The translations under genes were made by a program, and so were the position numbers. The notes under the pieces are model-generated. The model did not search any database and was not told the DNA's origin. It saw only the letters and a list, made by a program, of their open reading frames with translations. A stretch of 64,000 bases of DNA. It comes from Lama guanicoe. Its lineage: Eukaryota. The stretch spans positions 3,297,518 to 3,361,517 of the forward strand of contig MU053810.1 of the NCBI GenBank assembly GCA_013239625.1, read 5' to 3'. This document shows positions 51,847-64,000 of the stretch, in pieces (position 1 is the stretch's first letter; every line of letters begins with the position of its first letter).

Positions 51847-52203
51847 TGTTAAGACCCTCCAACTCGGCACACGTGAGTGTCTTTCTGCCCGCGCGGAGGA
51901 TGGAAAACTCCACCCTTCGGTTGCGCAGAGGCCAATAGCCTAATCACACCTGCACAGAACGATTCCCAAACCTTTTTTCCAATCACCTTCCCCACGCTCC
52001 CCACGCCTCAGACCAGCCTGCTGCTTTATTCATTATCCAGCAAGTACCTCCAGCCCCTTGCCTTGGGGAGACAGATTTGAGGTTTGTTTTCCGCATCTTC
52101 TTGCTTGGCTGCCTTGCGAATAAATCCTCTCTTCGCTGCAAACCTTGGCGTCTCAGCATTGGGCTTGCAGCACGTTGGGCAGAACGGATCTGGCTCAGTG
52201 CCA
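51847..52203 (+). mobile_element. ERV1-class LTR (MER34/MER39-like 3' end)
   Basis: ggctgccttgcgAATAAAtcctctcttcgctgcaaaccttggcgtctcagc...ca is a typical LTR R/U5 ending. Confidence 0.6.
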
Positions 52204-53029
52204 CCCTCGCTGGGTCCCTGACTCCCAGGTAAGTGATGGAGGTACTTGCTATTTACGGACAAGTAAACGCCTGTGCTGCTTCCCCAGTTCCCTTTACCTC
52301 TCCCTAATTTTCCCCAACCCCTTCCTCTAAGAAACAAATCCCCCAAACCAAATAAAAATGAATAGGGCAACAAAACCTTTGAGACTGCAAGAAGCAGCAC
52401 CTACTGGAAGCAAAATGTGACCACGTACAATCTATCTTTGCTCTGCAGAATGGAATCTCTTTAACGTGCAGGTTTACCGTTTGACTTTCAGATGTTGGAT
52501 GTTCAAATACTTTCAAGTGTGCTTTCTGTACAAAAGTAAGGGGCTGCCTATAGCAAACTTGCCAAAGGGAAGGGGTGACAACCAGGGCTGTACAGCCACA
52601 CGAGGTGGGGGGGGGCTCCAGACCCAAGTCTTCCCCCGGCCCCTGTGCTGCTCACAGCCACGGCCGGCCGGGAGCACCTTTTCTGGGTCTCTGATCTGTG
52701 GTCAGACCACTGCCTAGGCCCCTCTCCCAGGAAGGAAATGTTTGTATTCAGTAAATAAAAATGAAGTCAGCTCCCAGCATCACCCATTAAACCAACAGTG
52801 AAATGGAAAAGGCATTTCTTGGTTAAAAAAAAAAAAAAGTTGTTCTGACAGACCCCAGCTCAAGGAAACCAACTGCAGCCCCAAGTGGGTGTCATACCCG
52901 TCTTCAAATCTGTGAGCCGGGGACAGAAATGAAGGCCCAGGCCAGCACAGGGGTTGAATATAGCTTTTGCTGGGAAGGGCGACTCATTAAAGTATCAGGT
53001 AATCTAAAAAAAATTTAAGAAATGAAAGT

Positions 53030-53230
53030 TTTGGAGTCAGAAGGGCAATTAAATCTTATTTGTTACTAGCTCTGTGTCGACAATGAGTTCACCCCTCTGA
53101 GCCTCAGTTTTTCAAGCCATAAAATGGGACATAACACTAAATGCACAGGGATGTAGACAGGATTAAAGAGACAGTGTAGTGGAGGTGTTAAAAAGTGCCC
53201 TGTAAGTAACAATGGAAGTGGTTACTATAA
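53030..53230 (+). mobile_element. MIR SINE
   Basis: ttactagctctgtg...cctctgagcctcagtttt...ataaaatggg. Confidence 0.7.
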
Positions 53231-54099
53231 TGGTCCATGTGATGGTAAAAACCTTTTGTTCATCAAGTATGTCATTTAAACATGGGGGGCAGGTTCAGGT
53301 GAGGTGGGCCCAGGGGAGAAACAGGTGGGACAGTCCTTTGATTCCCGAGCTCTTCTCTTTACAAGACTGCATTAAAAATCTCTTCTAAAGTAGAAGGAAA
53401 TAAAACGTGGCAGGAAACCTGAGATTCTTGCTAGAGAAAGTTCCTGTCGGGCATCACAAAATTACTGTGGGCTGAAGATGAGAGGCTGAAAAGAGAAAAA
53501 GGGGTCCAGGGCTCCCTGAAGGGTTTGCCTCTGGCTAATGTGAAGAACTTAATATGTATCTGCTGTTTTCTGTTCTTCCCTTTAAGCTTCTAACTCAAAT
53601 CTACTGATTTAAGTACATAAGATTTCAAAGCATGAAGGCTTTTAAATTTTTATAATCTTTGGGGGCCCCTGCTTTCCAGCTACTTAATAATTATCTGCCA
53701 GTCCTTGATCAGCCTTTTTCCCTTGGAATATCCCATCTAATCTGATACCCTCATCGTTAATTCCTCATCATGCCAACTCTGAGATGGTATCTTCCTCAAG
53801 ATCCTTATGAGCCCTGTCACAAACAAGCCCTTCTAGAAAACTGTGTGTCTACAGAGCTGTTTATAAACTCTCTTTCACAACATATTTGAATTCACTTTAT
53901 TTGCTCACTTTATTAATACAGTTGTTCGAGACTGAATTACCACCTCCCAACGCATCTGTGACGCGGAGTTAAAATTCCAACCAGCCCTACTTAACAGCTA
54001 CATTTTATCACTTGTTAAAAGCGCTAACAATCCTCCCCTGGAGCCCTTTCTCAGAAAACAGTCTCAGCTGTGCTCTCTCACTTAATCTGCATTATATGT

Positions 54100-54320
54100 C
54101 AGAGCAGTTGAGGCATACAGCCTCCAATGACCTCAAATCCCAGACTGAATTTAGTTAGCTGTGTGTCTCTGAGCAAATTACACGGTGTCTCTGGGCTGAG
54201 TCTTCTCATCCATAGACTGGGATAATGGCACCCACCCTCAAGGAGTTAGAAGAGTGAAGAGAGCTAGTGACTGCAGCGGAAGGACTTGTGTTCCGCCTGC
54301 TCCGTAAATGTTGGCTGCCA
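54100..54320 (+). mobile_element. MIR SINE
   Basis: tcaaatcccag...tagctgtgtgtctctgagcaaatta...gggataatggcacccacc. Confidence 0.65.
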
Positions 54321-56533
54321 ACCACCCCCACGCCACGTGAAGGATGAGGTGCTCTGTGATGGGGCAGCTCCTGGACACCATGGGAAAGCGTGGTTTTACA
54401 TCCTTGCGACATCTGGGTACCAGTGTGAGCCAGTGAGAGGGGAGGTCAGCGTCGGCTCCCCACAGTCATGGTCAGAGCGGGTGACAAGCAGGTCAGAGGG
54501 CAAAAGGCACTTTTAGTCTCCATTAGAGCACTTTCTTTTGGAGAAAAGGGCTCACATATACTCATGCGTGATGTTATCAGAATGAAGTACTTTTCATGGC
54601 ATATGAGTAGGATAGAATTTCAATTGTAGAAAACCACTAGGTTCTATTTTACTAGAAAAATTTATTGAGCTGCAATAAACTCATCTTTTACTTTAAACAT
54701 TAACCACTCCACCCCCCCCCAACACATTGTACTTAAACAGGGCAGCCAGCTATATTAGAAAGCATGGAACTGATGGAAAAATTAAACTAGATTATATTCT
54801 CATCTCACTATCAAGATCAGATGTCAAGCTACTTCACCATAATTACCTGCTTAAAATCTAATAATGCTTCTGTATGAATTTCAAAACTAGACACTTAATC
54901 AACCATTGAGAATTTTATAAAATGAAAGGACACTTTATGCCCCGCCTCCACTTCAACAAAATGGCTGTGTGAGAGCCATGGATGGGATTAAAATTATCCA
55001 GATTCTCTAATCAAGGAACTATCAGAGACAACGAAAGGGCAAAGAGACTCCTTATGTAATTCAACCGTGCGTTTGAACAGCTTCAGTTATGTTATTTCTG
55101 GAGTCTAAGTGTCATAGTGATACACAGCCGACAGAAAAAAAAAAAAAAGATGCAAACCATGTTTCTGGCAGATCAAACAACCCTAAGGGCTATTTACCAT
55201 AATTGCTAAAACAATATTATTCTTGGGATCAAACACCTGCAGAATAATAAAACTCCCAGAGTATTTCTACCCACGGCAGTCAGTTGTCAGCTCAAGCTGA
55301 CCCAAAAATAAAAGCAAGATACTCAACTAATATGCATTTTAAGAAAAACCACTGACAACTGAGGAAAAATAAATGCTTACTAATGAGAAATTGGAGAAAA
55401 ACTTTAAAAAGGACAGCTTTATCCTTCATAAATAACCAACAGTTAGGTTCTAATCAAAGCATTTATACCATGTAGGTTAAAATGTAAAAAGAAAAAAAAA
55501 GTAATTATGAACTAACTTGGTCAGTATGAATGTCCTGCAATGAAAGCTGTTAGAAGATTAAAAGGAAATTATTAATATTGCTTCTGCCCTCATGGGGGTT
55601 ATAATCTAATGCCTGACATTCATTCTCTGGCTCAAGTCATTTTAATTGTTTTTAATGACATGAGAAGAATCTTTCCACAAAGTCTCTAAGTAGCAGATCT
55701 GAACTGGTATGTGGGGAACTGTATTTTAAATGGGGGGAAAACCCACACAAGAACAAAAGTAAGAAAAACGTAGTTTCGCAACTGTCTGCATTAGAACTCT
55801 CTCTGAACTGTCTTGTCACCTAACATTTTAAGAAAATGATTTTCTTGAATTTATTTCTAGAATTCTATAAAGATGTTCATCAGGAGAACTGTGATGCAGT
55901 TTACAATAAAAGATAGAGAAAGGTATATCTTAATTCTTAAAACAATATTTACAAAGAACTCCTTCATTACAGACTAAAAGCCCATTTCCCCATCATATTT
56001 TATTTCTCACAACGTCCCCAATGACCCTGGTGTCCCCAGCTGCCTTTGTGCTGTTCCCAGGCTGGCTTCGTGGGCCTAATGACACTAATTTCAGAGAGGC
56101 TGGTGGAAATATTAAGCATTAAGTGACTGACGCTGTGTTTACTAACACTGGGACATGGTTCAGATGGAGAAACCCCCAAATTCAAATAGTTACAAAACAT
56201 CTGTTGTTGAAATGCTCTCTCTGTCAGAATGCACTCGAACCACACACAGGCTCCCCCCACCAGCAGAGAAGATGTGAACCTAAGGGTGGGGACGCCGGCC
56301 AAAGAAACCAGTTGGTTGGTTGTGCTCTAGAGGAGGGAGCTGCTAAATCAGCACACTTCTCTTTTAAACCAGATCACGCATGAGATACACCTGCTCACCT
56401 GCTTTTGATTAATGTACAATATACATTTTTGCCTTGATTGCAGATTTAAATGGACGGTTTTCAAAGCTACTAAAAACCCAACAGTCTTGACGTTCATACA
56501 GTGGGGCTGCCCTTTATATGTATTATTTCTTAC

Positions 56534-56647
56534 CTCAACGTCCTTTTTCAGTTTTTCCAGGAATATCTTTTTGTTGTTGTCATCGATGTAAATCTTTTGG
56601 CCCTCGTTAATGAAGTCATTATCCTTTAACGTTGGTAGTTCTTTGGC
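56534..56647 (-). CDS. PIP4K2A: PIP4K2A coding exon (human exon 7 equivalent), 114 bp: [38 protein letters not shown]
   Basis: Manual translation matches PI5P 4-kinase type-2 alpha. Long pyrimidine tract then TTTTAG acceptor, GAG|GTAAG donor, phase 0/0. Upstream exons were not found in the window. Confidence 0.97.
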
Positions 56648-59600
56648 CTAAAACAAATGAGAAAGAGAATGAGAAAGACGGAGTAAAATCTAAAAAACAT
56701 GCACACCTTCCAATCTTGGAGGCTGAGTTTCCACCCGGGGAAGCCGTTTGCCCTATTCCCTGCTGGGCTCTTACCCGAGGCAATAAAATGCAAGGTGGCT
56801 CTACTGCCGCACGGGGGCACCAGTGAGCTATGGCCGCTGGAAGCAGTCCCACTCGGAACGGAGGGTCAGAACTACTCCTTATTATGAGGTTTTTGTAACA
56901 GATTTCATGGTTTCATAAAAAATGAACCTGGCTGCTTTCTTAGATTCACTTTCTTACAAAAAGTCTTCTAAGTATAGACTCTGTATTCTTGGAATTCTCC
57001 ATTTTCTTACTAGTACAACCCACCCCCCACCCCACTACAACACACTCACTTTTGGGGTAGCCTTTGCTGTGTTCACGTTACAGGTAACTGTCATCTCGTC
57101 TCAGAAAAGCACCACCCACAATCTAATTTCTGAATCAAAACAGGCAGCCCGCGGTTAGTCATCTGCCCTTCCAAGCCTACCTGCACACACACCACTCCCC
57201 CAAGAAGGGGATTCCATTTTCCTTTGACATCGTCCGTAAAGCATGTAAGTTCTACCCTTAAAACAAGTGGGTAGTGAGCTGGCCGACCCAAAGTATCAAA
57301 ATATGGATCACAAAGCACAGAAACCTTTAATTTAGCTTGTAGACAGCATATAGGATAACAGAGGCATACAGCTTTGCAACAGTGTGGCCGCTTCTATTTA
57401 ACTTCATGCAAACTGCATTCTTTGAGCGTTCAAAACCCCTCCCCAGTGCTTTTGGCAACCTTGTAAGAAACAATCACTCCTGTTGATTCCTTCCAGGTGA
57501 AAGGAATCCAACATAATACACTGCCTTTCTTAGTACACTAATGAATGCCTCCTTTCCATGACTGTGAACTAAACGGAAAAGAGATCCAAGGAAAGAACAT
57601 ACTCTCCTCCGTGGTCCCCACACTGCCTCCCCCCTTACTCAGGGTCATAAAATAACTCACCGGGTAGATCTACTGAGCCGCCATCCAGATGCCTCAACTT
57701 CCTCACGTTCCCTTCCAATTTTATGAGGTACACACATGTAAACTAGCCACATCTCTGTACACACACACGCATGCATATTATGCAATCCTAAATTAGCTTT
57801 GGGAATCATCTTTGAGAAAATCTGCAGTTTTGTGATGTTTTTGAATTTGATATAACTGCTGCCAAAATACTTAGCCTTACAAAGCAGGTGTAGCGAAGCT
57901 CAGAAACCCAAAGATCCAGTTCAGTAGCCAGTTACTGAATGACTGTCATGTACACAAGGGCAAAAATAGGTCAACATTTCTGTTTTAAAGGAGTTTAATC
58001 TTGTATGAGAGCGACACCAAAGCAAGCAGATAGGAAAACAAGGCAGCAAGAGTTCATAAGACCTACAGATAAATAGGATTCTTGGGAGGAGGATCTACTT
58101 TCATATACTTTTATGCTGAGTCTGAGTCTAAGGAAAGGCAAGGCCATGCTTCACAAAAACTGAGGGGCCTGGTAGACTAACTCCCTAAATCTGTCACTAA
58201 TCATTTTAAAATGTAACGTGAGAGAAAACCCTGAATGTGAAGACAGCATATTAGTGTGAATTGTTTTAGTCAATCATAGACCCTAAGCTGTTCTTTTCTT
58301 AGAACTGAGAACACCCTGAAATTTCAGTGATTGAAATACTAGGATCTGAAGTTCAACAAACTCAGAGGGCAGTCAGACGACATGCCAGATACAAAACTGG
58401 GGTGGTTTAGAAAGGGCTGAAGCCAGATCTGCGCACAGACATGGGAGATGGAGGAAGGATTGTGATTCTCCAGGTAGACAGTGTGGACATCGGTCTACGT
58501 GTACGGGGCAGGGGTGTGTGTGGTTGGGGGCATTAAGGATGAAGATCAGTCTCAGCACCATAGCTCTGTGTGTGTGTCAGCAAAGACGCGGCGAGGGAGT
58601 CTTGCTTGTGTGGGATGACACACGATCCGTGTTGATGATACGAGTCGCACTGGTGAGGAGGAATGCCATTTCAGGTTCACCCCAGCAGAATTACCTCGGC
58701 TGATGGGGAAAGTCTAATCCTACGTCGTAAAACTCTGGCCACCTTGCACTCTGTTACTAGGCTGACTTGTGAATTTCACGGGCGCTAGGGACATATTTAG
58801 ATTGGATCAAGTTCAAAACAAGGGCAACCAGATTGGTTAAAAGACTTAAGGGCTTATTGAGAGGCTCAAGAAGCATGGGCGGAACCTTTGCAGGGCAGCT
58901 GCTAGAGGGAACCTAACACTAGTCCATAAATGCCACCCCCGGTGTCCACGCAATGGCAGAGGTGCAGGAGCACCGGGGTTTTGGAGACATGAATCCTAGG
59001 TCCACCCCTTGCCAGGGGCCAGTTCCTGGACCTCTCCAGGCTGTCTGTGTGTGTGTGGAAGGCAGAGGCCCCCAGTGGCGGTGGCGGCGGCAGCCTTAGG
59101 TGCTGTTAAGCTCTTGGTGCATCAGCTTATCCAAGTGCATCATCTCACTGACTCTTCGAAACGACTATTACTATTTTCATGGAAACTGGGTTTAGTGAGA
59201 TTATACAACTTAACAAAGGTCTCACAGCCTGGTAAGTGGAACTGGTAAGCCAGTTCCCACGCTGAGATGGGAACGCGGGCTGCCTGAACCTTAGTCATCC
59301 TGCTAAAGGTAGAGCTGAGAATTCGACCAAAACCCATGACACACTTAAATAAGACACCTGTCATCGTTGTCATTGCTGTGAGCATTCAGTAACTTGTATG
59401 GATTGAAAACTGGTCTTGTAGGTTGAGAGACTGCATATAAAATATCTTCTTTAAAACCAGAACTCAACTGTTTTCTAAGAACTAAATGACAAAGATGAAG
59501 TCACCTGACAATGACGCACCCTCAGGAAAACCTTGCTGTTTATCTTCTTTAAAATTTCAATATCCATCTGATAATGAGCAGCGTTTACATTAAAGATGCA

Positions 59601-60454
59601 CCTTTTTTTTTTTAAGTGAGGGAAACTATTTTGCTGTGAATTAATGGACATGATAACCTCTTGGTGTGCCACTGCCCACAGAGCTGATGTCTGCAGAGCA
59701 GCACAAAGAATGGTGGGCAGCAACAGAGTATTTGCTCTTACGGGAGTTTTGAAAGCCTTGAAGTCAGTCAGTGGGTCTGGTTCTTTAATGGGCATCTTCC
59801 ACACCCTCAATGCGGAGGCAGCCAGAGGGCGGAGGAAACCATCAGAGCGAAAGCCATCAGGTCAGAAACAACTTCTCAACTGTGGATTCGGAGGCTGGCT
59901 TCCCACCAGCGGTCAGCCACCTTTCAAGTGGTCGGAGGTTTTATGTCTTTATTCGTTCTGAATTAAGTTCTGGCCAGTTTCGGGTAGATTGGGAGCCTCC
60001 ACGTGTGAGGGGGCGTGGCAGCACCTCACTCGGCACTTACTGGGAGGCGACCCCAAGGACGAGGCGTGGGAAGGCCTGCTCTTCCCACCCCACCTCCCCA
60101 GCCCGGCCTGCCCTCGTCAGCACCCAGGCCCTGGCAAGGGGAGTGAGGCTGTGTGCAAGCAGACTCGGCAGCAAGCCCGGCACTGCCCACGTCTAAGGTT
60201 ATTTCCCTTTTGCAGGAAGTACTTCTACCCGGGGGCTAGACTAGCAATGGCACTCATCTCTAATGTGACAAATGTACAATGTACAAACACAGCTGAGGCA
60301 TCAGCAGTGATGCCAGTCCCCCGGCAACCCAGCTCTCCTGCTTCCGTTGTTTGGAAAAAGTCAGAGTGATGTTCACCCTGGCACTTTCCCGCCGGGTGAT
60401 GCCAGACCCCGGGTGGATTCAGTATGGCTCAGGTTTCTACTTGGGACACAGGCT

Positions 60455-60690
60455 GAAGCATGAGCTTCTGAACACAGACTGGATCCAGGCCGCCTGGGTT
60501 GTATCTCCACTCCAACTAGCCACTGTGTGACTTTGAGCAAGTTACTTAACTTCTCTGTGACTTGGCTTCCTGATCTTTAGATGGGGATTAGCAAACAGCA
60601 GTGTCGTGAGGATTATACAAGTTCATTACCTAAAAAGCTTAGGGTTGTGCCTGCCACGTGGAGAGTTACATATGAATATTCTTGTTATTT
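60455..60690 (+). mobile_element. MIR SINE
   Basis: tgtgtgactttgagcaagttacttaacttctctgtg...gtgaggattat. Confidence 0.8.
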
Positions 60691-62829
60691 GCTGGTCATG
60701 CTTACAAGCATGGTGTGTGTATGTAGAGAAAAGTGAATCACTGATAACATTTTAAGTCTTGCTCTGGATTTAAGTATGCCCTTTTTTTTTTAAATAATAC
60801 CTGGGATGTTTAGAACCAGTAGCTTAATCTGTCCAAACCTGTTTCCTCATCTATATTATGGGAAATCAGTAATACCGTCCAATATGGTTAGCAAGTGAAC
60901 GAAATGACATGAAACACACACTGCTTGGCATTGAGGACTTGCTGTGTATTAGTTTGCATCTTAGTTTCACATCAGCCATTTCTGACCGTGACCAATACTG
61001 TTACACAGTGCTCCTACTAAAGAATATATGAGACTTGCCCGTCATCTTTTATCCGTCTTGATTTTTTTTTTTTTTAAAGAAATAGGCTCTTTAAATTTGG
61101 GATATCAGTAACCTAAGCCATGTTTACAATTGCCTATGTTTTCAGGGTTTATCATTAGGAACAAATGTCTCCTGCAACTTCTCTGCGTATTACCTTTAAG
61201 TTTTGAAGATACTTTCCTTACTGCACGCACATCTAGCATACACAAGTGCAAGGTTATTTCACTTCACTGCATCGGACATGGGAGAACAGAGGGGACACCA
61301 GAGAAGGCGTGTTAAAGGCAACACTGGCATAAACCCGTCCTGGCTGCTCTCCAAACCTGGATTGAATTTTCCCGGCCAGAAAAACCTCTGATCACCGGAA
61401 AACTCTCCCTGGCCAGAAAAACCTCACTGAAACACAAGTGAGGAGAAAACACTGCTTTGTAATAATAAATAAAAGTTGAGTAAGTTTCTAGAGTAACCAA
61501 GTATCTACATTTTATATTTATTAAATATGGAATACATACAATTTAATAGTTTTATATATATGGCCAAAGATAGAAATTTGCTGATTTTTTTTTTCTTAGC
61601 TGATTTTTCATGGGTTTAGTTTTTCTCAGTGAGTGGATTATAATTGTTGAGTAATTTAGCGAATGTGAGTTTGCTGACCTACAGCACAAATTCAGTAACT
61701 GAAATCTCGGTGGCTAGAAAACAACCAAAAAATGAGAGAGAGAAGCTCCTTGGGAACATTTCATTTGCTATGAGCTGTAAAAAGAAAATTGTTTTCATCA
61801 TAAATGTTCCCTCCCTCTCTTTTTGTAACTACGCTATTCGGTGAAAAGCTTTTGGTTACTTTTGAAGTAAAGTATTTGCTTGTCTCTCGGGAAGTCTATA
61901 CTCAATACTAAGAAACACACTATTAACGGTTATCGGTCATGGTCAGAAATGGTTTCTGTGTTACAAAGACACAAATGAACATGGACGTGAGCTGAGGTGT
62001 ACACACAACTAGATCAGAACTTGAAGATAACCAACATGTGGATCATATTTTAAATGTATAAATACTGAATATAAATATTATCCCCTCGGGCTCAGTAAAA
62101 GATATAAATGATCTCTAAGGACATTTGGCCACGGGTTTTGAGATTTAAAACAGGAAAAAATATTCAGAAGTAAGAGCCACAAAGTCTAGAGCTTTCATTT
62201 TTAGAATGAACCTGAGCCTCCATGGCCAGCTCAGCAGACGGAGACCCGGGAGTGAAGGCAGTGGTTGGAGAGAAATTAGGGATCCTGGGAGGGCAAAGGA
62301 AGCTCAGGGCTCTGCTTCCTTCCGTTACAATGACAGAAAGCACACAAAAAAGCAAGGCATTAGAGCTTCCCTTCTAACATAAAAATACTTAGTACACTTC
62401 ATACAAACTTTAGAATTCCAAATTACTAAAAACTTTGCATTTTTTTCTGAAAACAACCCCCCCAAAAACTTTAACAAAAGGATTTAAGTTCTCTGTTTCA
62501 AACAGAAGTTAATCTACTTGTAATATAATTATTTCATTGGGTTCTGTAACTTAATGTATGATTGCTGTCATTTGCACGGAGGTTAGGAATCCTAGATAAT
62601 AAGAGTTAAGTAAAGCCAGAAATTACATGGAAATCTTAGGTGAAAAATCTAGTTATCTTCTGGATGACTCAAAGTTTTAAAATCACAAATACTTAAAATC
62701 TGTATATAAAGTCAAAACCTAACTTCAAATATGGAATTCGAAAACAAAAACTGGCAAAAAATACAGAATTCAAACTACAATAATACTAGATTTTATCATC
62801 CTACAATTAAATTACACAAGGAGTCTATA

Positions 62830-62954
62830 TTTTATTATTATTTTTTGGGAAGGGAGGTAATAAGAATTACTTATTTAATGGAGGTACTGGGGATTGAACC
62901 CAGGACCTCATGCATGCTAAGCATGCGCTCTACCACTGAGCTATACCCTCCCCC
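62830..62954 (-). mobile_element. Camelid tRNA-derived SINE (vic-1 type) in PIP4K2A intron 6
   Basis: ggaggtactggggattgaacccaggacctcatgcatgctaagcatgcgctctaccactgagctataccctcccc. Confidence 0.92.
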
Positions 62955-64000
62955 AAAGTGTATTTTAAATTGCCAGTAAACAACAGGAAATTTTTTTAAA
63001 AAAGTATTTAAAATGCCCAGAGCCAAAATTTATGATAATACAGAGCCACATTTTAATTTTGGCCTGGATGGAAACGTTCACAGGAAGATGGGATGTACTT
63101 CTGTCACACCCGAGTGTTTAATACAAACAGGATTCTGGAACCATGCAAAGGATAACTAACACACAGCATAGCAGTATGTGATTAAAGGACTTGTGTTTCA
63201 GAAAGAAACAAAGTTTTGTTCAATGTGCTCACTTGACAACCTGTTTTCAAAAGTCAAATTGTAAGCCTCGATGTCAAAGACCTCTGCCTGGTGTCCCTTT
63301 GCTGGGCCACACTGTGACACTCAGAGCTGAATACACAAGATAAAAGTACATCCTAATTACTGTCTCATGTTTGAGACCATGGATGTTCCTGATTTGCTTG
63401 TTACTCCAGGCTCACCTAAAAGAAAATAAACTTGCAAAAAAAAAAAAAAAACCCCAAAACAAAACCAAAAACAAAAGGCTTGCCAAAATAACTTCATAAA
63501 AAATCAGTCTGTGGGGCTGAAGATATACTCCAGAAATATTCCTGTAAGAGAGAGACTTTTTAGGTAATCCTTACATGGGAGTTAGGATAAAGATGATTTG
63601 ATCAAATAACATCGCATATGTGGGACCAATCTTGGGGTAATAAGAGATGGTAAAGATTTTATAATAAAATCAGTTCTGCTTCTCAAAACATCCAAGCCAC
63701 AAACTTGATACATGAAAAGGCAAATCAGTGAATACGGGTAAAGTTCAGACAGAAGGAGCAAAGAGAACAGGTGTTTTCTCACAAAAAGTCCATCTAATGC
63801 CTTTAACAACATAAGCGGGAATGTCTCTACAAGTTCACGGTTGGGGAAATGATCCAGCACATCATTAATAACTGGCAGTTTCCACATGTGTACATGTACG
63901 ACCAGCATCTGGACGTGAAGGGCTCATTTTTATTCTGAACCTCCTTGTCTATGTGTAAATGTAGAATGACAGTGTATCTCAACATACTTGTAGAAACCAC

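Noticed and set aside
57655..57830. Strong minus-strand donor CCG|GTGAGT suggesting a cryptic exon in intron 6
   Set aside because: No convincing acceptor upstream and no match to the PIP4K2A exon 6 peptide (GSTVAREASDKEK).
62880..62954. tRNA gene calls at the SINE heads (also 17739, 29280, 46610)
   Set aside because: The A/B boxes are followed by SINE body and A-rich tails, with clear TSDs in two copies; these are SINEs, not tRNA genes.

Overview
Mammalian genomic DNA, most likely a camelid: there are four tRNA-derived vic-1-type SINEs, and I recognised no ruminant Bov-A/BovB or pig PRE-1 elements. The right third holds the 3' end of PIP4K2A on the minus strand: four coding exons (human exons 7-10, all GT-AG) and a ~2.1 kb 3' UTR with several polyA signals and four miR-30 seed matches. 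At 21.6-23.6 kb is a full-length, disabled KPNA2 (importin alpha-1) processed pseudogene with a 12-bp target-site duplication. A ~2.4 kb CpG island at 3.4-5.8 kb has no gene I recognise. Its left edge carries a minus-strand 60-codon ORF with coding-like codon usage, predicted to encode a single-pass membrane microprotein. The ATG of this ORF sits inside a near-perfect RFX X-box, with polyA signals downstream; it is the best candidate for something undescribed. The rest is intergenic or intronic DNA with MIR, L2, L1M, MLT, Tigger1, MER and LTR relics. Repeat families and boundaries were called from memory of consensus sequences and are approximate.
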